32,000 bases of DNA from a cyanobacterium endosymbiont of Epithemia turgida isolate EtSB Lake Yunoko (GCF_000829235.1 NZ_AP012549.1:90001-122000); one strand, 5' to 3'. Positions 15,886-28,480 are shown, numbered from the stretch's first letter. The notes: generated by a model from the letters alone, not told the origin. Program-made: numbers and translations.

Positions 15886-16518
15886 ATGATAATGGTATTT
15901 TCAATGTCTAAATCTCTTTCATCTTCTCTAATTATTCCCCGACTAATTATCGGGTTAGGAAATTGCGAAGATAAATACGATAAAACCCGCCATAATATCG
16001 GATTTGAAGCTCTTGATGCTTTAGCCCAAACTTGGAAATTATCCTTCACAGAAAATCGCCGTTTTCAAGGTTTATTTACCGAAGGAATAGTCAAAGGGAA
16101 TCAGAAAGTTTACTTACTTAAGCCCCTCACTTATATGAACCGTTCAGGTAGATCAGTTCGCGCCGTTAGCGATTGGTATAAACTATCACTGGCTTCGATA
16201 TTAGTAATTTATGATGATATGGATTTACCTGTCGGACGAATACGAATTAGATTAGGAGGATCAGCTGGAGGACACAACGGCATAAAATCAATTATTTCTT
16301 ACTTAAGTAGTCAGGACTTTCCTAGGTTACGCATTGGAATCGGTGAATCTCATCCTTCTAAAGAAACAATTTCCCATGTTTTAGGAAAGTTTACCCTTGA
16401 TGAAAAAAATATTATGGAGAAGGTCTTACCCTTAGTAGTCAATGCTTTGGACATGAGTCTCAAAGAAGGAATTGAAAAAGCTATGAGTCTTTATAATAAC
16501 TGCACAGTTACCAAATAA
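15886..16518 (+). CDS. pth: Peptidyl-tRNA hydrolase
   Basis: 210-aa ORF with Pth motifs (LIIGLGN...KYDKTRHNIGF, YMNRSG, DDMDLPVGRIRIR..GSAGGHNG). The true start may be the ATG at 15904 (MSKSL..). Confidence 0.9.
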   Translation: MIMVFSMSKSLSSSLIIPRLIIGLGNCEDKYDKTRHNIGFEALDALAQTWKLSFTENRRFQGLFTEGIVKGNQKVYLLKPLTYMNRSGRSVRAVSDWYKLSLASILVIYDDMDLPVGRIRIRLGGSAGGHNGIKSIISYLSSQDFPRLRIGIGESHPSKETISHVLGKFTLDEKNIMEKVLPLVVNALDMSLKEGIEKAMSLYNNCTVTK

Positions 16519-16566
16519 GGTATAATAAACTGCCGTAGTGTAGTTAGAATAAACGAGGTTTATCTG

Positions 16567-16896
16567 TTGCAGGAGTCATTAGAGTTAGAATCAAAATTTC
16601 TTTTAAAAGCACTTTGGTTAGATGCTAATGTGGCGATTACTGTCGATCAGATAGTGGGAAAAGGAACCAGTCCCCTAACTGACTATTTTTTTTGGCCACG
16701 AAACGATGCTTGGCAACAGTTACAAGATGAATTAGAAGCCAAACATTGGATTACGGAAACCGAAAGGATTGAAATTCTCAATCAAGCTACAGAAGTCATT
16801 AATTATTGGCAGGATCTCCGTAACCAAGGTAAACGCGTCTCTATGGCTGAGGCTCAAAGCAAGTTTCCAAAAGTCGTCTTCAGTGGCACCAATTAA
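16567..16896 (+). CDS. ycf65: Ribosomal protein PSRP-3 / Ycf65
   Basis: 109-aa ORF. The block [51 protein letters not shown] is the hallmark of the cyanobacterial/plastid Ycf65 family. It has a TTG start preceded by GAGG 9 nt upstream, and there is no in-frame ATG before the conserved block. Confidence 0.88.
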   Translation: MQESLELESKFLLKALWLDANVAITVDQIVGKGTSPLTDYFFWPRNDAWQQLQDELEAKHWITETERIEILNQATEVINYWQDLRNQGKRVSMAEAQSKFPKVVFSGTN

Positions 16897-16911
16897 TTCG
16901 ATGGTGCTGAC

Positions 16912-16960
16912 AGATGAGGGACGAGTCTTTAACCCTTTCTTTGCCCTCATCTAATTTTTT
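16912..16960 (+). terminator. Intrinsic terminator after ycf65
   Basis: The stem is agatgaggg (16912-16920) with ccctcatct (16944-16952), followed by aatttttt (16953-16960). It lies in the 79-bp gap between the convergent ycf65 and atpC stops. The loop is long (23 nt). Confidence 0.6.
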
Positions 16961-16975
16961 CCTGGAACTAAATCT

Positions 16976-17386
16976 TTAAACTAGTCTACCTAATGCTTGA
17001 AGACGTGCTCTAGCCCGTTTGAAAGCTTGGGAGGCTCTGATTTGCTCTTGACGGTTACCCCCTTTGTTTGCCTGTTCTAAATGGGTTTGAGCTTTAATGA
17101 ATTCCGTTTGTGCTTCCTCTTTGCTAATATCATTGTCAACCTCTGCTGAATTAACCAAAACTTTAAGAACATCGTGGTCGACTTCGGCAAAGCCGCCCAT
17201 AACTGCTAAATTTTTCCAATCCTTACTAGGGCGGATTCGCATAACCCCAATATCGAGAGCAGTCAAAAGAGGAGCATGACCAGATAAAATTCCCAACTGT
17301 CCAGAGGTGCTTGGTAAGATGACTTCTTCTACAGCTTCATTCAAAACGATTCCATCTGGAGTAATTACACGGATTTGTAATGTCAT
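16976..17386 (-). CDS. atpC: F0F1 ATP synthase subunit epsilon
   Basis: 136-aa [38 protein letters not shown] is a typical epsilon subunit, and it lies immediately downstream of the beta subunit gene. Confidence 0.95.
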   Translation of the reverse strand: MTLQIRVITPDGIVLNEAVEEVILPSTSGQLGILSGHAPLLTALDIGVMRIRPSKDWKNLAVMGGFAEVDHDVLKVLVNSAEVDNDISKEEAQTEFIKAQTHLEQANKGGNRQEQIRASQAFKRARARLQALGRLV

Positions 17387-17429
17387 ATCAGTTATTCGCT
17401 ATTAGTTTTAACTATTAATTATTTAGTTA

Positions 17430-17478
17430 TCAGTCAACAGTGACTCGAAAGGTATTTATCCAAGAGACTGTTGACTGA
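17430..17478 (-). other. Stem-loop in the atpD-atpC intergenic spacer
   Basis: tcagtcaacagt (17430-17441) and actgttgactga (17467-17478) are a perfect 12-bp complement, extendable with a 2-nt bulge. It lies within the 99-nt spacer of a presumably co-transcribed gene pair. Confidence 0.5.
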
Positions 17479-17485
17479 GGAAGAA

Positions 17486-18958
<1,473 letters not shown>

Positions 18959-21091
18959 TTAAGGGGTTAGCTTAGAGTTTGGCTAAGGTACAACCTACTC
19001 TTATTAATCTTCTTTCGCCACCCTATAGAGTACCACTTCTGGGTAACACGGGGAATGTCTCTAAGATTGTTTGGAGAAAACCGATTTTATCAAAACCTGC
19101 CATCTAAAAAAATAAAATCTAAAGATAAAGTTTAATCACTGACAAAAAACTTATCAAAAACTAGAATTCTAATTATGGATAGCATATGATCAGATTTTGT
19201 ATATGAGTTAAATCAGGTTCAATTAATTTTTTTTGTTTTATATATCCCTAACATTATTCAATATTCAAATAAGTTTAATAAAATAGAGTTGATATAAATT
19301 TATATTTATTATTTTTTAACTATTAACAAGCTGCTTATGTCAACCAAATTAACTATAAGATGTTCTCTTTGAGTAGAAAAAGGTTTCTTTTGTCAAATTA
19401 AAGATAATTTATATGAAGATATATTAACATAATAGTTAAGCTATTAAAGCATAAAAAAATATGTATTAGGCTATTTAAGTAAAAATTATCGCTATGGTCC
19501 TAAAAAGCAAAAATTTTGAATAAACCTTAAGAGATCGTAGTAGTATCTAAAGAATTAAGGTTTGTCGTTTATCTCAAACTACTAGTGATACTATAATGCT
19601 TCATTTTGATTAAAAAAGTAAATAAAACAGGAGATTACACAGTAATCAATAACCAATAATAAAAATACAGCTAAGACGAATAAAAATTAATTTTTTTTAT
19701 TCAAACTCAATAATAATTTAGCTTTAACTAAAATAGTTTGATTATGGTTAACAGGATTACTTGAAAAAATATAATTATTTGTATAAAAAACAGTAATAAC
19801 AAAAAAATAGAAATATTAATAAATAAATCAGAAAAAGTATTTTCAGATAAAAATAGATTTTACTGGAGAGATTATCCTCCATATATTAATGGCTTTAGAG
19901 GATGAATACACTACTTTAATCAGCACAAATCTTAAAAATATTTGTGCTAGAAATTTGTTTAAAGCTTGATTATATTAAGGTTTAATTATTCAATGGTACT
20001 AGAAGATATTATTTTAATGAATAGATGTTACCTTTTATAAAAAAAATATTAATTTTAAAAAATGGACATAAGCTATAGTATTTTGTTTCTAATTTTCTAA
20101 AATTAGATAGAATTAAAATTGGATGCTGATAACAAATTAATCCGACAAACTCAAATAATAGTAAATAGATTTTATCCAGTCAAATAAATTAGTAATAAGT
20201 CAAATAGTTAAACAATTTTATTTAAGAATAAAAATTATGTTAAACTTATCCAAAAAATAGAAAGATTAATTAGATTTAAGATAAAAAACTTTACTGATAG
20301 AATTAAAAGCATACTAATTAAATCTAATTTTTTTTACTCGGTATTCTATTCCAAACTTACCATCCTCTATTAAAAATAATAATAAATTAATAAAATTTAT
20401 TTAATTAATTTATTATTTCAAAATACTTATTATAGGATAATAAATATTTTTTATTAATTAATAAATTTTTTTATATTTTTACTATGGAAATTGAATTCCA
20501 TAAGATTTTTCTAAAAATATATAACCATTTATAGTCCTAACTTATCAGAGCAGTTGGTCATTTACAAATACAATTTTAAATTATTTTTTTTAAAAACCTC
20601 TATGTTTAGAAAACATAAATATTTACTCTATAAATTTATAATATTTTATGCAATTATTTTATTGTTATAAATTAATTTAAAATTATTTTTTAATTTAAAA
20701 TATATTCTTATTCTATATAATTTTTAATTAAATATTTTTTTGAACACAATTTTTGTCTATATCACAAGTTACTTTTCATTCTATTTATATTGATTAGATA
20801 CTAATATTCAGTTTAATCACTAGACTAGGTTTTTATTATTCTATTAATTAATACATATCTATATATAGAATAACTTTAAAAGAAATACTACCTTTTTAAC
20901 TCTACATAATTTTAACTTTTTAGATGGTATTTATCACTATAATTCAACTAAGATATACTTTTTATATGCCGTTTTATATAAATTAGTTATCCCTTATTAT
21001 TAAGTAAGTTTTTATAGCCGTATTTAGTATCATTAGCTAATTCTTAAGATATAATTGCAAAACCTGCTTTACAAGAAGAATTAAGGAATAA

Positions 21092-21142
21092 GTTTCTCAG
21101 TAACAAATTAGCCTTGCCAAGGCTAATTTGTTACTGAGAAAC
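21092..21142 (-). terminator. 51-nt perfect palindrome directly after the ppx stop codon (probable terminator)
   Basis: gtttctcagtaacaaattagccttg (21092-21116), a central c, then caaggctaatttgttactgagaaac (21118-21142), giving 25-bp perfect arms. It starts 6 nt downstream of the ppx stop (21151-21149) and is followed on the minus strand by ttattcctt. Confidence 0.65.
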
Positions 21143-21148
21143 AGAAAT

Positions 21149-22765
21149 TTAGTTTAATGTAGCGACAACTTTAACTCCAAATTCATTCTCAAAAACTAGT
21201 TTATTATAGTTTAAATTCCACAGTTCTAAGGCACAATCATCATTAGGATCAGTAGAAAATAAATGTAAATAAAGCTTTTTGCCTTCTTTATCATACTTAC
21301 ATTCAACAGTTTTGACAGCTTCTATTTGCCGACTATTAAGGGCAACAGCTAAGCGTAAAATTAGACTTAGTTGTCTAACTATTTTTTTATGAGTATCCGA
21401 CAACTTACTATAGGGCTCATGTTTTTTCTTAGGGATACTTTTACGATGATAACGAGCCACATTGGCAATAGTTTCTAATTCAAGTTCTGTAAACCCTAAT
21501 AGTTCTGCATTACGAATCAAATAATAAGAGTGTTTATGATAAGCAGAATGACTAACATATAAACCACATTTGTGTAGAATAGTTGCTGTCCAAAGTAACT
21601 CCCATTCTTCTATTCCCCAATTGTGAAAAATTCCTTTTAATTGCTTAAATAAACTTTGGGTAAATTGTGCTACTCTTTCACCATATTCTATATTAACTTG
21701 ATACTTACTGGCAATATTATAAACACTACGATGACGTACTTTTCCCTGATAACACAATCGATCTTCAATTAACTTGTGAGTTAGCATCCAGTCAACAATC
21801 ATTCCTTCACGTAATGCCCGTTCACAAACGATAATATTATCTAGTTTTAGCATGGCCATTGCTTCCATTAAAATCACTCCACCTGCCACAATAATTTCGG
21901 CACGTTTATAGGGCATACCTGAAACTTTTAACCGTTCTTTATAAGTCATGGAAACAAATTTTTTTACTAAATCTTTAACCTCTTTAAGTCCTATTTGATA
22001 ACCCTGAAGACGACTAGGAACTTCTCCTAACTTTTGTAATGCATTGATAGCCACTATGGTTTCGATAGTTCCAGAAGTTCCCACCAGTTGGGGCTGTTCG
22101 TTATTACCTAATTTACGACGTAATTCATCAATCGGACGTTCAAGCATTCCCCGTATATAAGCCTGTAAATTAGCAAATTCTGTTTCACTGACAGGATCAG
22201 TAGTGATCAATTCCTCTGTTAGTCGTACCGCTCCAACTTTAATACTACTGAGAAAACGGGGCTCATGAACATCAGCAAGGATAATTTCTGTTGAACCTCC
22301 TCCAATATCAATAATGATATGAGGCTGAGTCTGAAAATTCATACCTGACAAGACTCCTAGATAGATGCGACGTGCTTCTTCATAGCCAGAAATTAGGTCA
22401 ACTTGAATACCAACCTCTAATGCAACTCGTTGAATAAAATCTTGCCCATTAGGAGCTTCTCTAGTAGCACTGGTAGCAATAGCAACAATATGATCTACTT
22501 TCATACTAGTGGCTAAGTCTTTACAGCGTTTTAGAGATGCGATTGCCCGTTCTATAGCTTCTTCGGTTAACTTTTTAGTTTTTGCCTCCCGTACCCCTAG
22601 CCGAACTGCATCTTTTTCTCGGTTTATAATCGTGAAAGTGAGCAGAGTTTTATCAATTTCCACTACTATCATATGGATCGAATTTGTACCAATATCAATG
22701 GCTGCTAATAAACAAGTATTACGGCTGTCACTATTAGTAAAGTTGTAATCAAAGGATGTTGTCAT
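21149..22765 (-). CDS. ppx: Ppx/GppA-family exopolyphosphatase with a C-terminal HD domain
   Basis: 538-aa ORF. It has ASKHA-fold motifs AAIDIGTNSIHMIVVE and IIDIGGGSTEI, and a C-terminal HD-type region (ATILHKCGLYVSHSAYHKHSYYLI). Confidence 0.9.
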   Translation of the reverse strand: MTTSFDYNFTNSDSRNTCLLAAIDIGTNSIHMIVVEIDKTLLTFTIINREKDAVRLGVREAKTKKLTEEAIERAIASLKRCKDLATSMKVDHIVAIATSATREAPNGQDFIQRVALEVGIQVDLISGYEEARRIYLGVLSGMNFQTQPHIIIDIGGGSTEIILADVHEPRFLSSIKVGAVRLTEELITTDPVSETEFANLQAYIRGMLERPIDELRRKLGNNEQPQLVGTSGTIETIVAINALQKLGEVPSRLQGYQIGLKEVKDLVKKFVSMTYKERLKVSGMPYKRAEIIVAGGVILMEAMAMLKLDNIIVCERALREGMIVDWMLTHKLIEDRLCYQGKVRHRSVYNIASKYQVNIEYGERVAQFTQSLFKQLKGIFHNWGIEEWELLWTATILHKCGLYVSHSAYHKHSYYLIRNAELLGFTELELETIANVARYHRKSIPKKKHEPYSKLSDTHKKIVRQLSLILRLAVALNSRQIEAVKTVECKYDKEGKKLYLHLFSTDPNDDCALELWNLNYNKLVFENEFGVKVVATLN

Positions 22766-24504
22766 AGACTCAGTTTCTCGATTCTTTTACATGAAGAAGG
22801 TTTTTGGTTAATTTATTAAACTATTTTTTTCAATAAATCAAAATCAAGCTACATAGGCATTATCTAAATATTCATATGAATAATAAAAATCTTACAATAA
22901 TCCACAATTTACTTAAACAATTGACTTAAATTTAAAATAAAGATTTTGAGCACAAAGTTATATATTATCACATTATTTTCATTGAATAAATTTGAGCTCA
23001 TGAGTAAAATAATTATATTAAAGAATATTTAATTACTCTATTCAAATAGATATTTTTTTTATTTATTTGTTTTTTGCATTAAGTTTTAAACTAAAATTTA
23101 ATGCAAAAATATCCATATATCTGTATATAAATATTATGTAAGCATAAAGAATACTTCAAGTTAACTATTGAAATTGATTCTATTTATAGTTGAGTTAATG
23201 ATAATTAAATACATTAGTAATAAAATATATTACAAATACAGCAATTTACAGATATTTATTTACGTTAGATAAAAAATTAAAAATTTAAATAAAATAGAGT
23301 AGAAACTTATTTAGTTATGTATTTAAAATGTATGCGACTAATAAAAATAGGTAATAATTAAAAGTAATTTATATTACTAAAGTTTATAAGATAAGTAAAA
23401 AAATAAGATAAATAAAATTTATATATTTAATCATAAAACATTGATGCACTATATAAAACTAGATTTTAAATAAAGATAATAGTATAAAAGTACTCAAGAA
23501 ATATTAGAGATATTAAAAGTAGGACTTAATACAAAAAATAAACTAAAACTAAATTAACTTAAATTAATTACTTTAGTAGTTAGTGAATACATTGTAATTA
23601 TTTTACTTAGAATTATAAGATAACCTTCTTAAAAATATATGAGATATTTAATTATTAACTTTAATATCTTAATAAGAAAAGTAAAAAATTACTAAAAATA
23701 AATTTTATAGATAAATAAATATTAAAAAATAAGTACTCTCTTATAAAGAAAGCTTATTTAGATGATTTTTAAATTAAATAAAATTTCTACTAATTTTAGA
23801 AAATTAATATTTATTTTTACCAATAATAGAAATCAAAATTTTATATTCTAATTACCACTCAATAAAACATGCAAATAAAATATATAGAGATAAAAATTTT
23901 AATAAATTAAAATTTTTATTAAAATGATGAATATTTTTTAGAGATATACTTTATATATAGAAGGCTATTGATCTATAAAATAATTTATACTCAGGAGGCT
24001 CTTTTAAATATAAAAATATATTTTTTAAAAAAATAAGATAAAAATTATTAAATACTCCTTTAATAGTGAAGTAAATAATCTGATTATTAGAATTAAATAG
24101 ACAACAATAAAAACCTTTAAAATTTAAGTTAATTAACTCAAATTTTAAGTTATCATCTATGACCAGTAGAGTTAGATTGACAAGTAGATATTTTAGAGAT
24201 AGAAGTAAGTAGATTTAACAAATACAAAAATTAGACTTAAAACAAAATTTAGTGAATCAAGATAGAGCTTAATAAATACCATAAAAATATGGTATATACA
24301 TTTACATTCCAGCCTAAAATAATAAAGATTTTAAAATAAAATAATAAATAGCTTTCGATTTTAAGTCTTAGAACCTATAAAAATAAAAAAGTAATATAGA
24401 TTAAAATAATAGATCGAGCTAATTATATCAAATATTTTGATTAGTTTTACGTGCTAAGATAATAAAATACGAATTTAACTATTTATAGAAATAAATTAGA
24501 TAAT

Positions 24505-24531
24505 CTGAATAGGTTTTAAAAACCTATTCAG
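24505..24531. repeat. 12-bp hairpin inside the ppx-ubiA desert
   Basis: ctgaataggttt (24505-24516) and aaacctattcag (24520-24531) around a 3-nt loop. Confidence 0.6.
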
Positions 24532-24697
24532 CAAGAGTTATAGTTTATTTAAATTTTTAAAAAATAACTTGACAAAATTACTCATCTTAAAGGAAATCAA
24601 AATAGTTTAGAAGTGTCTATGAAGATAGAATATAAAAAAATAAATTAATTTAATTTATAATGTAATATAAACATACTTTTATACTCAACTGATAACA

Positions 24698-24731
24698 TTA
24701 GTAGGTTTATTTTGAATAATAAACCTACTAA
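24698..24731. repeat. 14-bp hairpin inside the ppx-ubiA desert
   Basis: ttagtaggtttatt (24698-24711) and aataaacctactaa (24718-24731) around a 6-nt loop. It shares the core TAGGTTT/AAACCTA with the hairpin at 24505. Confidence 0.6.
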
Positions 24732-24913
24732 AAAATATTAAAAAATAATAATTAAAAAAATATTCTGTTATTATATGTCAATTTTTTTATTCATTTATAT
24801 TAAATAAATATTCTAATACATAGAGTGTTAAATATTTTCTGAGCACATCTTTTCTGAATTTTATGGTAACTTTTATAATAGAAAAGTTATAAATAATTAG
24901 CCTAATTTATTTT

Positions 24914-25789
24914 ATGGTCACTTTTTCTCAATCAACTTCTGAACCTACTTGGCTAAAGATTATTCGACTCTTGCGGTGGAATAAACCGGCTGGAAGGTTA
25001 ATTTTAATGATTCCTGCACTATGGGCAGTTACTTTAGCATCTAAAGGAAATCCTTCTTTACCATTAGTGGGGATAATTATTTTAGGAACTTTAGCTACCA
25101 GTGCGGCAGGTTGTGTTATCAATGATTTGTGGGACAGAAATATTGATATTTACGTAGAAAGGACCTGTACCCGTCCTTTGGCAGAAAAGTCTTTATCCGT
25201 AAAAGTAGGTATTATTGTTGCTTCTATTGCTCTAGGATGTGCAATGATTTTATCCTTGTATCTTAATCATTTAAGTTTTTGGCTCTGTGTCGCTGCGTTG
25301 CCTGTGATTATTGGTTATCCTTTAGCTAAGAGAGGGTTTCCTTTTCCCCAATTAATTTTATCCATAGCGTGGGGGTTTGCTGTTTTAATCAGTTGGACGG
25401 CAGTGACAGCTCGATTAGAGCTTTCTACTTGGATATTATGGGGAATAACGGTATTCTGGACATTAGGATTTGATACAGTTTATGCTATGTCGGATCAGGA
25501 AGATGATAAAAAAATTGGAATTAATTCTAGTGCCTTATTTTTTGGATCTTATACGGCTAATGCCGTAGGAATATTTTTTACAATAAGTGTTGGTTTATTA
25601 TCTTATTTAGGAATAATTTTAAAACTTAAAGTTGTATTTTGGATTACTGTATTTATTGCTCTAGTAGGTTGGACAGTTCAATATTTTTACCTCCGTTTAA
25701 AAAATATCCCTAGATCTGTATATGGAGAAATTTTTCTTCAGAATGTTATATTAGGTTTTCTCTTATTACTGGGAATGGTGTTCGGTTAA
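24914..25789 (+). CDS. ubiA: UbiA-family 4-hydroxybenzoate polyprenyl(solanesyl)transferase (plastoquinone pathway type)
   Basis: 291-aa polytopic membrane ORF with both UbiA Asp-rich motifs (NDLWDRNID and YAMSDQEDDKKIG). The N-terminus LLRWNKPAGRLILMIPALW is typical of the cyanobacterial enzyme. Confidence 0.87.
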   Translation: MVTFSQSTSEPTWLKIIRLLRWNKPAGRLILMIPALWAVTLASKGNPSLPLVGIIILGTLATSAAGCVINDLWDRNIDIYVERTCTRPLAEKSLSVKVGIIVASIALGCAMILSLYLNHLSFWLCVAALPVIIGYPLAKRGFPFPQLILSIAWGFAVLISWTAVTARLELSTWILWGITVFWTLGFDTVYAMSDQEDDKKIGINSSALFFGSYTANAVGIFFTISVGLLSYLGIILKLKVVFWITVFIALVGWTVQYFYLRLKNIPRSVYGEIFLQNVILGFLLLLGMVFG

Positions 25790-26120
25790 TCTTTTGCTTT
25801 AAATTCTGTGTAAACAGTATTTAAAAAATTAGTATCGTAAAATTACGAATAAATTTTTGTATTGTCTTTATCATTAATCTTCTATAAATATCTTCTAGAC
25901 AAACTTCAACAATTAATCAATAACACTGTTAAAATTCTTTTAGACGGTTCAAAAATTTGTGATTAACTATTTACCCTAAAGTCTTTAATATAAATAGCCT
26001 AGTATTCTTTAATCCTTTACTACTTCAATAACTATGATAAACTCTCTTTTCGATTAAATTTTTTAAATTAATATCTGTTCAGGATATCATTTTTATAAAA
26101 TTCAATAAACTTCTTATATA

Positions 26121-26161
26121 TTCTTTAATGTGGAGTATTTTTCCTGCTCCACATTAAAGAA
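26121..26161. repeat. 15-bp perfect inverted repeat in the ubiA-tRNA desert
   Basis: ttctttaatgtggag (26121-26135) and ctccacattaaagaa (26147-26161) around an 11-nt loop. There is no U-tract on either strand and the function is unknown. Confidence 0.6.
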
Positions 26162-27146
26162 TGTTCTAATAAACTTCTCAGTCACTTGCAGCAATAAGGA
26201 TAGGGTTTATTAAGTATTAGTATTTGCTTCTTTAAATATAAGTCCTCAAGCAGTAGTCATCCCTAGGGATATATCTTATTGCTCAAGGAAATGACATCCA
26301 TAATGTCCAACAGTAAAGAGGCTAACTTATTAGACATTTCTTCAATCCGTAATCTTTCTTGATAAAGCGAAAGAAAAAACTTAGATATAGACTAGATAAT
26401 ATGGTGATATTAAGATTTTTGAATAAAGTAAAAAAGATAAATTTAGCCAAAACTATAGACGAAACTTCAACATAAAGAACACTATAAATTTTTATTATGA
26501 AAGTAATTTCAGTTTAAAAATATTTAATAAGATAGTTTTTAGTACTTTTTTGTTAAGTCCTAAACTTCTACTTTATGAAAGTTAAGCAGTAATTTTTTAG
26601 TTTACAAACAAATAGTGTAGATTCCTTCAAACTTGTAAGATTTATTATATTTTTTAGCTACCATTTATTTGGCAATAGAAAGATTAACTCTAATAAAAGC
26701 TAAATTTTGGGTCAATTTTGTTAGGTCAAGAATCTTAAAACTATATTCTTAATACTGCTTAAGAACATAATTTTTTCTACTCGGTTAAAGAAAGTAAACT
26801 ACCTCTAGTTTTTGCTTCAACAAAAGTTTTGATAAAGTCACGATATCCTGAACAGATGTTTAAAACAAAATCGGATTTTCAGACATTTTTTGGCAATTAG
26901 GTAAGAACATTAATTACAGCCATCTTAACTATCAATTTATCTGAATTATCAAAACCTCTCAAAGCTCTGGCTATTGTATTGGATTTCCACCTAAATTCCT
27001 GAAACAACCTTCACAAAACCTAGAATAATTAGTGGCAGACCTAACTCTAACAATCGTTAATATACAACAGTAATAGAATATGATGTAACACTTCAGTAAA
27101 AACTTATATCAGCCAGATTTTATATCTAAAAGTGACCTTTACAGAA

Positions 27147-27220
<74 letters not shown>

Positions 27221-27279
27221 TTGCATTTACGAGTATAGCAGAAAGTATAAGCTTATGGCAAGTTATTTACTAAATAATT

Positions 27280-28233
27280 TTAAATCATAGATAATTCCCC
27301 AATGACTTCAAGACGTTTGTAGTTACTAAGGCTCACAAATTTTTTAGCCAAGGTTTCGACTATACTAGGAACTATCCAACCCATACTTCGCAACAAATGA
27401 AGAGCTGTGGCATATTTAGCTCGTTTTGAACCGTCTATCACTTTAATAGCTAATCCCATTCCCTGTCCTACACGACCAACACATTGAATGCCTTCAGCCC
27501 CAGATTTACTGACGAGTTCTCCTTCAGTCAAACGCATTAATTCTGTATCAAAGGCTCCTTCCCCAGCTATCATTTTTGGGTAGTAAGTCATTGCTCGAAC
27601 AATTCTTTCTAAATCTAGGTTATTCCCCGATGCTAACTGAGCATATAAATGAGCCATTTGACTAAGTTTTATAGAGTAGGTGGGAGCTCCACAATCATCA
27701 TAGGCACTGATCAATTCTGCCCCTGGCATAGCTAACAACTCACCAATTTTGTCTAGGATTAAGTATTGTACAGGGGAAGATTTTTTAAGGTAGGTATTAA
27801 GAGGCCAGTTGCGTTGTTGACAAATAGCTAACATTGCAGCGTGTTTCCCTGAACAATTGTGCTGTAAAGAACTTTGATATCCTTTAGGAATAGGGCATTG
27901 CAACGCACTAGGGTCAATATTAGCCCGCCACAGTATATTGAAAACTTGTCGTGCCTGTTCAACTGTCCCTTGGTGAGAGCTACAAATAACTGCTAAATCT
28001 TTATCATTTAGCTCATAGCGTTCTAGGGTTCCAGTGGTAACTACAGCTATGGATTGAAAGGGCTTTAGAGCTGAACGAACAAATGCTGTGGTCTCAGAAT
28101 TTCCGGCGACTGATAAGAGTCTTCCACGAGCATCACAAACCGTTGCTTCAACTTGATGAGCTGACTCAACAATGCCTTCCCGTAATAAATGAACTTTCAA
28201 TTTAGGAGTATGGGTGCGTGTTCCTCTAGTCAT
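27280..28233 (-). CDS. Asparaginase-II family protein (L-asparaginase, Rhizobium-type)
   Basis: 317-aa ORF. The motifs RSALKPFQ, CSSHQG, NCSGKHAAML and SKSGAEG match my memory of the Asparaginase_II family. Enzymatic specificity is not verifiable from sequence. Confidence 0.78.
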   Translation of the reverse strand: MTRGTRTHTPKLKVHLLREGIVESAHQVEATVCDARGRLLSVAGNSETTAFVRSALKPFQSIAVVTTGTLERYELNDKDLAVICSSHQGTVEQARQVFNILWRANIDPSALQCPIPKGYQSSLQHNCSGKHAAMLAICQQRNWPLNTYLKKSSPVQYLILDKIGELLAMPGAELISAYDDCGAPTYSIKLSQMAHLYAQLASGNNLDLERIVRAMTYYPKMIAGEGAFDTELMRLTEGELVSKSGAEGIQCVGRVGQGMGLAIKVIDGSKRAKYATALHLLRSMGWIVPSIVETLAKKFVSLSNYKRLEVIGELSMI

Positions 28234-28480
28234 TCGATTCTAAAGTTTAAGGTTGTGGGTTGGTATTGGGTGTGTCGAAATGTTATTGAGACAACCACAT
28301 CATGATATTACCAATGATTGTATCTACGACAATTATTTCTATAAGAGTCAGAGGTTGTAGAATTGAGTCTACTTGGTTAGGAAACAATCAGACGATCATG
28401 AGTTAACATTTTTGGAAGTTTAAACCAAGTTTGTCCGTCATACCATCTTGACTTTTCATAAAAAATAATCTTTTTTTTAT

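Noticed and set aside
16519-16566. TATAAT hexamer (16523-16528) between pth and ycf65 as a ycf65 promoter
   Set aside because: There is no acceptable -35 element at 16-19 nt spacing. ycf65 may simply be co-transcribed with pth. I left it unannotated.
26790-26990. Minus-strand fragments that vaguely resemble a LysR-type HTH (GYRDFIKTFVEAKTRGSLLSLTE) and a Cys-rich piece (RFCEGCFRNLGGNPIQ) that might hint at a transposase zinc finger
   Set aside because: The similarity is only impressionistic, over about 20 residues, and broken by stops. It is insufficient for a family call without a database search. I report it only as unassigned decay in the findings.
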